The position numbers and the translations under genes are program-made. The notes under the pieces are model-generated. The model saw nothing but the letters and a program-made list of their open reading frames with translations. It ran no database searches and was not told the DNA's origin. Positions 1 to 4,705 of a stretch of DNA of 4,705 nt are shown one piece after another (position 1 is the stretch's first letter; each line of letters starts with the position of its first letter). Source of the DNA: a virus (taxonomy: Duplodnaviria > Heunggongvirae > Uroviricota > Caudoviricetes); IMG/VR virus record IMGVR_UViG_2698536677_000018, positions 1-4,705 of that record, one strand, 5' to 3'.

Positions 1-46
1 TGGTATTGCTGTGGCCGGTGATAAAAAGAAACAGCCTGCATAATGC

Positions 47-73
47 TTGATTTTTTTGTTTGCTGTTTATTAA
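47..73 (+). promoter_or_regulatory. Candidate sigma70 promoter (-35 TTGATT 47-52, -10 TATTAA 68-73), possible late promoter analogous to lambda pR'
   Basis: Hexamers read directly from sequence. Spacer is only 15 nt and the -10 lacks the conserved final T, so the match is weak. Position just after an upstream stop codon and ~200 nt upstream of a strong terminator fits lambdoid late-leader layout. Confidence 0.2.
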
Positions 74-252
74 AAACACTTCTGCATGGTGAATCCCCCT
101 GTGCGGTGGGGCAATCAGCAAGAAGGAATATGGGGTAATCGCGGATTCAGGTGCTGATACTGAATTCACCGGGAGGCACCCGGCACCATGCTTTGCCACA
201 AAAGTGTTATTTCTGTTTTTCTCAAACTATCATCGTTATCCCTTTATTTTCG

Positions 253-278
253 GCTGCGCATGGCGCGGCTTTTTTTTT
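253..278 (+). terminator. Rho-independent terminator (7-bp GC-rich stem GCTGCGC/GCGCGGC, 3-nt loop, 9-T tract)
   Basis: Stem 253-259 pairs with 263-269 (one G-U pair), followed by T run 270-278. Seen directly in sequence. Confidence 0.6.
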
Positions 279-351
279 ACGACCAGCCACTGGCAGATGG
301 TCATCCTGTGATTTGATTCCGCTTCCGGCTTTTTAACTCTGTTCCTCTACA

Positions 352-357
352 CGGGAG
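352..357 (+). promoter_or_regulatory. Shine-Dalgarno sequence (GGGAGA) for the esterase gene
   Basis: GGGAGA lies 7 nt upstream of the ATG at 365. Confidence 0.6.
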
Positions 358-364
358 AAATTCG

Positions 365-2656
365 ATGTCGATTAAACATTATGATGTTGTCAGGGCGGCG
401 TCGCCGTCAGACCTTGCGGAAAAGCTGACACACAAACTGAAAGAGGGCTGGCAGCCATACGGCGGACCGGTTGCCATTACGCCGTACACACTGATGCAGG
501 CGGTGGCTATTGAAGGAGAGCCACAGGTCGGCCCTTCATCTGAGCCGGATTGGTACTACGTCATCGTACTGGCCGGGCAGTCCAATGCCATGGCTTACGG
601 TGAAGGGCTTCCGCTGCCGGATTCATACGATGCTCCGGATCCGCGCATTAAACAGCTGGCGCGCCGCAGTACAGTTACGCCGGGTGGGGCTGCCTGCAGA
701 TATAACGATATTATTCCGGCTGACCACTGTCTGCATGATGTGCAGGATATGAGTACGCTGAATCATCCGAGGGCTGACCTGAGCAAAGGGCAGTACGGCT
801 GTGTCGGCCAGGGTTTACATATTGCCAAAAAACTGCTCCCGTATATCCCGAATAACGCGGGGATCCTGCTGGTACCATGCTGTCGTGGTGGTTCGGCATT
901 TACCCAGGGCGCGGAGGGGACATTCAGCGAGTCCACGGGGGCCACAGCAGAAGGTGATGTGGTGGTCAGTGGTGCAACTGAGCCGGAGTGGTACTACGTC
1001 ATCGTACTGGCCGGGCAGTCCAATGCCATGGCTTACGGTGAAGGGCTTCCGCTGCCGGATTCATACGATGCTCCGGATCCGCGCATTAAACAGCTGGCGC
1101 GCCGCAGTACAGTGACGCCGGGCGGGGCTGCCTGCAGATATAACGATATTATTCCGGCCGACCACTGCCTGCATGATGTGCAGGATATGAGTACGCTGAA
1201 TCATCCGAAGGCAGACCTGAGCAAAGGGCAGTACGGCTGTGTCGGCCAGGGCTTACATATTGCCAAAAAACTGCTCCCGTATATCCCGAATAACGCGGGG
1301 ATCCTGCTGGTACCATGCTGTCGTGGTGGTTCGGCATTCACCCAGGGCGCGGAGGGGACATTCAGTGCGGACACGGGGGCCAGCCAGGATTCGGCACGCT
1401 GGGGTGTGGGTAAACCGTTATATCAGGACCTGATTGCGCGCACTAAAGCTGCATTACAGAAGAACCCGAAAAATGTGTTGCTGGCGGTGTGCTGGATGCA
1501 GGGAGAGTTTGACATGAGCGCCGCCACCCACGCACAGCAACCTGCGCTGTTTACAGCCATGCTGACACAGTTTCGTGCTGACCTCTCCGTGTTTAACGCG
1601 CAGTGCCATGGTGGCAGTGCTGCAGATGTGCCGTGGATTTGTGGTGACACGACGTATTACTGGAAAAATACATACGCTACCCAGTACGACACCGTGTACG
1701 GCGGGTATAAAAACAGGGAGAGTGAGGGCGTTTATTTTGTGCCCTTCATGACAGACGGTAACGGCGTCAATACCGCCACTAACGCGCCGGCAGAAGATCC
1801 GGATATTCCGGCATCAGGATATTACGGTGCGGCATCGAGAACGAATGGAAACCAGGTATCATCAAACCGCCCGACACATTTCAGTTCATGGGCGCGCAGG
1901 AGCATTATTCCGGATCGTCTGGCAACCGCTATTCTGAACGCAGCCGGGCGCACCTCAGCCTTCATCAGTGGTAAGGCACCGGAAATCAAACCCTCGCCCG
2001 GCGGCAACACGCCATCGGGTCCGTCTGCAGATACGTCCGTTCGCACAATCTCCCTGCTGCCGGCAGCCGGAGAGGCTGCTGCGCAGGGCTGGAGCATTAA
2101 GGATGGCGGAATTCAGTTGTCAGATGGTGTATTTAAGATCACCAAGCAGAGCAATAAAACCTGGTCCCTGACGCATCCGGTGGATGACGCAATTACCCTG
2201 CTGACACAGGGCGGCAGACTGACCTGTAAGTTCCGCCTGTCAGGCGCACTGACCAACAATCAGTTCGGGCTGGGGATTTATCTGTATACGGATGCTCCCG
2301 TTCCTGATGGTGTGGCGATGACGGGTACCGGTAATCCGTTCCTGATGTCGTACTTCACTCAGACCACTGACGGCAGAGTGAATCTGATGCATCACAGGAA
2401 AGCCGGAAACACGAAGCTGGGGGAGTTCGGCGATTACGGTAACGACTGGCAGACGCTGGAGCTGGTGTTCACCGCCGGCAGTGCCACGGTTACTCCGAAA
2501 CTGAATGGAGTGGCTGGCCCGGCATTCCAGGTTATAAAAGACAGTCTGACACTGGGGCTGAATGCGCTGACGCTGACGGATGTTACAAAAAATGCAGCGT
2601 ATGGCGTTGAGATAGAAAGTCTGGTGCTGGAGATAAATGCACCGGCATCATCATAA
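365..2656 (+). CDS. nanS-p: Prophage NanS-p-type sialate (9-O-acetyl-Neu5Ac) O-acetylesterase, SGNH/SASA-family, with N-terminal DUF1737-like region and an internal duplicated segment
   Basis: 763-aa uninterrupted ORF with good SD. N-terminus [21 protein letters not shown]... and the [11 protein letters not shown] motif are recalled as characteristic of the esterase ORF found upstream of the lysis genes in Stx-type prophages. The GQSN block occurs twice (around aa 71 and aa 217). Confidence 0.8.
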   Translation: MSIKHYDVVRAASPSDLAEKLTHKLKEGWQPYGGPVAITPYTLMQAVAIEGEPQVGPSSEPDWYYVIVLAGQSNAMAYGEGLPLPDSYDAPDPRIKQLARRSTVTPGGAACRYNDIIPADHCLHDVQDMSTLNHPRADLSKGQYGCVGQGLHIAKKLLPYIPNNAGILLVPCCRGGSAFTQGAEGTFSESTGATAEGDVVVSGATEPEWYYVIVLAGQSNAMAYGEGLPLPDSYDAPDPRIKQLARRSTVTPGGAACRYNDIIPADHCLHDVQDMSTLNHPKADLSKGQYGCVGQGLHIAKKLLPYIPNNAGILLVPCCRGGSAFTQGAEGTFSADTGASQDSARWGVGKPLYQDLIARTKAALQKNPKNVLLAVCWMQGEFDMSAATHAQQPALFTAMLTQFRADLSVFNAQCHGGSAADVPWICGDTTYYWKNTYATQYDTVYGGYKNRESEGVYFVPFMTDGNGVNTATNAPAEDPDIPASGYYGAASRTNGNQVSSNRPTHFSSWARRSIIPDRLATAILNAAGRTSAFISGKAPEIKPSPGGNTPSGPSADTSVRTISLLPAAGEAAAQGWSIKDGGIQLSDGVFKITKQSNKTWSLTHPVDDAITLLTQGGRLTCKFRLSGALTNNQFGLGIYLYTDAPVPDGVAMTGTGNPFLMSYFTQTTDGRVNLMHHRKAGNTKLGEFGDYGNDWQTLELVFTAGSATVTPKLNGVAGPAFQVIKDSLTLGLNALTLTDVTKNAAYGVEIESLVLEINAPASS
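537..944 (+). repeat. Direct repeat copy 1 inside the esterase CDS (encodes about aa 58-194, including the GQSN motif)
   Basis: Aligns base-for-base with 975-1382 at a 438-bp in-frame offset. The 391-bp core 537-927 vs 975-1365 shows 9 mismatches (~98% identity). Confidence 0.9.
975..1382 (+). repeat. Direct repeat copy 2 inside the esterase CDS (encodes about aa 204-340, including the second GQSN motif)
   Basis: Same alignment as copy 1. The copies are separated by a ~30-bp unique linker encoding ...[17 protein letters not shown]... Confidence 0.9.
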
Positions 2657-2741
2657 AAAGTGAGCCAGTCAAATGGAAGGTATCGTTAAACTCACCGGTA
2701 GTGTCAGTGGGTCGTCTGAGACGCCTGCATGAGTTATCAGA

Positions 2742-2771
2742 GCCATCAGTAGTTAACTGGTGGCTTTTTTA
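2742..2771 (+). terminator. Rho-independent terminator between the esterase gene and the holin gene
   Basis: Stem GCCATCAG (2742-2749) pairs with CTGGTGGC (2757-2764) with one G-U pair, loop TAGTTAA, then TTTTTT at 2765-2770. Confidence 0.6.
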
Positions 2772-2805
2772 TTGTTGTCAGCTTCCGGATAACGGGAGAC
2801 GGGGT

Positions 2806-3021
2806 ATGTACCAGATGGAAAAAATCACAACGGGTGTGTCATACACCACGTCAGCGGTGGGGACGGGATACTGGTTACTGCAGCTGCTGGACAAAGTCTC
2901 TCCGTCCCAGTGGGTGGCGATAGGTGTGCTGGGGAGTCTGCTGTTTGGCCTGCTGACGTATCTGACTAACCTGTATTTCAAAATCAGAGAGGACCGGCGT
3001 AAGGCGGCGCGGGGAGAGTAA
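2806..3021 (+). CDS. S: Class II holin (S21-type pinholin), 71 aa, with dual-start motif M1-Y-Q-M4
   Basis: Translation [71 protein letters not shown] closely matches phage 21 S as recalled (...[14 protein letters not shown]...[22 protein letters not shown]). GGAGA SD upstream. The six-frame ORF starting at 2701 would run through the terminator hairpin, so the ATG at 2806 is preferred. Confidence 0.85.
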   Translation: MYQMEKITTGVSYTTSAVGTGYWLLQLLDKVSPSQWVAIGVLGSLLFGLLTYLTNLYFKIREDRRKAARGE

Positions 3022-3025
3022 AGTG

Positions 3026-3370
3026 ATGAATAAAAAATACGAACTGGTTGTTAAAGGGATAAATAATTACCCGGATAAGATTACTGTTACTGTGGCACTG
3101 GAAATTGGTGGGTATCCGTCACTGTTGTTGCCATATGTGGCGATTAGTCTTGACCGTACTGAAGGTGCCACGCTGGAGTTTTACGAAGCTGAGGCGAAAA
3201 AGCAGGCGAAGCAGTTTTTCATGGATGTTGCTGCCGGGTTATGTGAAGGGGATGGTCCGTTGCCGGAAAAGCGGCCCATCATTTTAGAGGCGCAGGATGT
3301 GTTGATAACCTACAGAGGAAAACTACCGGGAATAATTACTGGTTCTCTGAAGACTCCACCGCTGGCCTGA
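3026..3370 (+). CDS. Conserved hypothetical lysis-cassette protein, 114 aa, soluble; possibly DUF1327/YdfR-like
   Basis: ORF with strong SD (GGGGAGAG 3011-3018) that starts 5 nt after the holin stop. Its position between holin and endolysin matches the slot of ydfR in the E. coli Qin prophage as recalled. No transmembrane segment or recognisable catalytic motif. The family assignment is from memory, not a search. Confidence 0.55.
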   Translation: MNKKYELVVKGINNYPDKITVTVALEIGGYPSLLLPYVAISLDRTEGATLEFYEAEAKKQAKQFFMDVAAGLCEGDGPLPEKRPIILEAQDVLITYRGKLPGIITGSLKTPPLA

Positions 3371-3420
3371 AGACTTAACATATCCAGGGATTTGAAATCG
3401 ATAAACCCTGATAAATATCC

Positions 3421-3957
3421 ATGAACGCAAAAATCAGATACGGCCTGTCGGCTGCCGTTCTGGCGCTGATTGGTGCAGGGGCGTCTGCGCCTGAAATCCT
3501 CGACCAGTTTCTTGACGAAAAAGAAGGTAACCACACCACGGCATACCGTGATGGTGCGGGGATCTGGACCATCTGCCGCGGTACCACCCGAGTGGATGGT
3601 AAACCTGTCGTCCCGGGCATGAAGTTGTCGAAGGAAAAATGCGACCAGGTTAACGCCATTGAACGTGATAAGGCGCTGGAGTGGGGGGAGCGCAATATTA
3701 AAGTACCGCTGACCGAACCCCAGAAGGCGGGTATCGCGTCATTTTGTCCTTATAACATTGGCCCCGGTAAGTGTTTCCCGTCTACGTTTTACAGACGGAT
3801 TAATGCAGGTGATCTAAAAGGTGCCTGCGAAGCGTTCGCTGGTGGATTAAGGACGGTGGCAGAGACTGCCGTATCCGCTCAAATAATTGCTACGGTCAGG
3901 TATCCCGGCGAGACCAGGAAAGTGCACTGGCGTGCTGGGGAATTGACAGGCAAGTAG
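3421..3957 (+). CDS. R: SAR endolysin (T4-lysozyme-family, phage 21 R-like), C-terminal ~40 codons apparently frameshifted
   Basis: N-terminal Gly/Ala-rich signal-anchor-release segment YGLSAAVLALIGAGASAP. Catalytic triad spacing E-x8-D-x5-T in KEGNHTTAYRDGAGIWT matches phage 21 R (LEGVSYIPYKDIVGVWT). After ...GDLKGACEA the called frame gives FAGGLRTVAE..., unlike the family, while the overlapping frame encodes RWWIKDGGR...SRRDQESALACWG, which resembles phage 21 R (RRWTYAGGK...TRREIEREVCLWG). Confidence 0.75.
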   Translation: MNAKIRYGLSAAVLALIGAGASAPEILDQFLDEKEGNHTTAYRDGAGIWTICRGTTRVDGKPVVPGMKLSKEKCDQVNAIERDKALEWGERNIKVPLTEPQKAGIASFCPYNIGPGKCFPSTFYRRINAGDLKGACEAFAGGLRTVAETAVSAQIIATVRYPGETRKVHWRAGELTGK

Positions 3958-4041
3958 AATATTTTGCTGAAAATGACGTTGGTCAACGCGGGTGGGTAAC
4001 ACGAAATCCTGCGAACTGGCAAAAGCTAAGTGAATAAAAGT

Positions 4042-4080
4042 AAAACCTCGTTTGTTGGCCGCAAACGGGGTTTTGTGTTT
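4042..4080. terminator. Strong bidirectional rho-independent terminator hairpin (13-bp stem, 7-nt loop, T-rich tracts on both sides)
   Basis: AAAACCTCGTTTG (4042-4054) pairs with CAAACGGGGTTTT (4062-4074) with one G-U pair, followed by TTTTGTGTTT. The A-run on the 5' side gives a U-tract on the reverse strand. Confidence 0.65.
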
Positions 4081-4143
4081 CTGACCTTGAGTAAGGCAAA
4101 GGAGAACATAGGAAAGTATAAACGAATTCTGTTGAGATTGACT

Positions 4144-4290
4144 ATGAAAGACGGCCTTGAACTGAAAGCGCCTGTAACTGATGACGTCAGCAGAGCGCTG
4201 GCTTTTGCTATTAAGTGGGTGGCGGTCGGTATTGCTGTGTCTCCGATGCTGTATGGGCTGGCAAAACTGGTCATTGCGTTGAAATCGTGA
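4144..4290 (+). CDS. Hypothetical small membrane protein (48 aa, one predicted TM segment)
   Basis: First ATG in the 4030-4290 open frame lying downstream of the terminator hairpin. C-terminal hydrophobic stretch WVAVGIAVSPMLYGLAKLVIAL. No convincing SD within 5-10 nt of the ATG, so support is weak. Confidence 0.25.
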   Translation: MKDGLELKAPVTDDVSRALAFAIKWVAVGIAVSPMLYGLAKLVIALKS

Positions 4291-4302
4291 AGAGGATTAA
4301 GC

Positions 4303-4413
4303 ATGTCAGACAAGCTCATAACGCTGGCGAAGATCCTCTGTGTAATCGTCGGCATTTCATTTTCACTAATATGCTGGTTGCTATTTGCTTTTCCACTGCC
4401 TGGCGCGTCTTAA
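4303..4413 (+). CDS. Hypothetical small hydrophobic peptide (36 aa, single TM-like segment)
   Basis: ATG at 4303 preceded by GAGGA (4292-4296) at 6-nt spacing. Translation MSDKLITLAKILCVIVGISFSLICWLLFAFPLPGAS. Too short to appear in the supplied ORF track. Confidence 0.35.
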   Translation: MSDKLITLAKILCVIVGISFSLICWLLFAFPLPGAS

Positions 4414-4443
4414 CTTTGTCAGGGCTGGTGGGGTGAGGGGGAT

Positions 4444-4705
4444 ATGAACCGTGTTCTGTGTGTGGTGATTATTGTCCTGCTGGTAGCCTGTGGTGCGCTT
4501 GGTCTGGGGCTGAATCATTACCGCGATAACGCCATTACCTACAAAGCGCAACGCGATAAAAAAGCCAGTGAGCTAAAGCTGGCGAACGTGACAATTACTG
4601 ATATGCAGGTACGCCAGCGTGATGTCGCTGCACTTGATGCCAGATACTCGAGGGAATTAGCCGATGCGAGAGCTGAAAATGAAACTCTGCGTGCTGATGT
4701 TGCCG
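4444..4705 (+). CDS. Rz: Rz inner-membrane spanin (i-spanin), lambda-type, 5' partial (runs off the window end)
   Basis: Translation [87 protein letters not shown] is near-identical to lambda Rz as recalled (...[64 protein letters not shown]). N-terminal TM segment then coiled-coil region. GAGGGG SD upstream. Confidence 0.9.
   Translation, partial: MNRVLCVVIIVLLVACGALGLGLNHYRDNAITYKAQRDKKASELKLANVTITDMQVRQRDVAALDARYSRELADARAENETLRADVA
4665..4705 (+). CDS. Rz1: Rz1 outer-membrane lipoprotein spanin (o-spanin), embedded in the +1 frame of Rz, 5' partial
   Basis: ATG at 4665 in a different frame from Rz encodes [13 protein letters not shown]..., matching the lambda Rz1 start MLKLKMMLCVMMLP as recalled. 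Only 13 codons lie in the window; the true start could instead be the Met at 4680. Confidence 0.6.

Noticed and set aside
1-43. Possible 3' end of an upstream CDS (frame 2 ends ...GIAVAGDKKKQPA at a TAA at 41-43; another frame ends at 46-48)
   Set aside because: Only about 14 codons are visible, two frames are open, and I cannot recognise the protein, so it is not annotated as a feature.
80-200. tRNA-like or remnant-tRNA signal (hairpin CGGG-AGGCA-CCCG followed by GCACCA around 170-190)
   Set aside because: No canonical T-loop (GTTCRAnYC) and no convincing cloverleaf could be built by eye; would need a tRNA scanner to exclude a degenerate remnant.
151-336. 61-aa ORF in the leader region
   Set aside because: No SD, it overlaps the terminator hairpin at 253-278, and the composition is untypical; most likely a chance ORF in non-coding leader.
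510-2171. Internal or antisense ORFs overlapping the esterase gene (510-752, 711-899 minus, 763-945 minus, 801-1115, 1149-1337 minus, 1239-1433, 1423-1650 minus, 1822-2097 minus, 1968-2171)
   Set aside because: All lie inside the long, motif-supported esterase ORF. Several occur as near-identical pairs only because they sit in the two repeat copies. They are Arg/Ser/Pro-rich off-frame translations.
2708-2725. Short palindrome CGTCTGAGACG downstream of the esterase stop
   Set aside because: Arms are only 5 bp with a 1-nt centre, too small for an RNA hairpin and not recognisable as an operator.
2701-2805. N-terminal extension of the holin ORF to the ATG at 2701 (106-aa version)
   Set aside because: The extension spans the terminator hairpin at 2742-2771 and lacks an SD. 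The ATG at 2806 has a GGAGA SD and gives the 71-aa S21-like product.
2778-3695. ORFs overlapping the lysis genes (2778-2981 minus, 3105-3287 plus, 3310-3534 minus, 3375-3695 minus)
   Set aside because: They overlap the well-supported S, unknown-function ORF and R genes in other frames and show no start signals or motifs.
4030-4143. GTG-initiated 5' extension of the small ORF (86-aa version starting at 4030)
   Set aside because: It would start inside the alternative-frame tail of R and span the terminator hairpin; only the part downstream of the ATG at 4144 is kept, at low confidence.
2-4239. 12-nt exact match GGTATTGCTGTG at 2-13 and 4228-4239
   Set aside because: A single 12-mer match is roughly what chance predicts in a 4.7-kb window; both copies encode G-I-A-V within hydrophobic stretches.
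4026-4355. 109-aa minus-strand ORF across the R-Rz insert
   Set aside because: Low-complexity Ser/Thr/Ala-rich translation, and its 3' end would have to read through the bidirectional terminator. An antisense RNA here is not excluded, but a protein is not supported.
4215-4436. 73-aa plus-strand ORF
   Set aside because: No SD, Cys/Arg-rich atypical composition, and it overlaps the better-supported small ORF at 4303-4413 in another frame.
1-4705. CRISPR array, IS element or integrase, stx genes
   Set aside because: No spaced short repeats, no terminal inverted repeats with a transposase ORF, and no Stx A or B subunit-like translation in any frame.

Overview
The window reads as the late (lysis) region of a lambdoid, Stx-phage-like enterobacterial prophage, with every supported gene on the + strand. 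From left to right: a short non-coding leader with a weak promoter-like motif and a strong intrinsic terminator (1-364); a 763-aa NanS-p-type sialate O-acetylesterase (365-2656) carrying an internal, in-frame ~400-bp near-identical direct repeat that duplicates the part of the esterase domain holding the GQSN motif; an intrinsic terminator; an S21-type pinholin (2806-3021); a small soluble ORF of unknown function (3026-3370); a SAR-type T4-lysozyme-family endolysin R (3421-3957) whose last ~40 codons appear frameshifted; a ~490-bp insert with a bidirectional terminator and two small hydrophobic ORFs; and the 5' end of a lambda-type Rz with the start of embedded Rz1 (4444-4705). No stx, tRNA, CRISPR or IS element is recognisable. 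All identifications rest on reading the translations and on motifs recalled from memory; no database search was run. The most unusual items are the esterase-domain duplication, the apparent endolysin frameshift, and the unexplained R-Rz insert.
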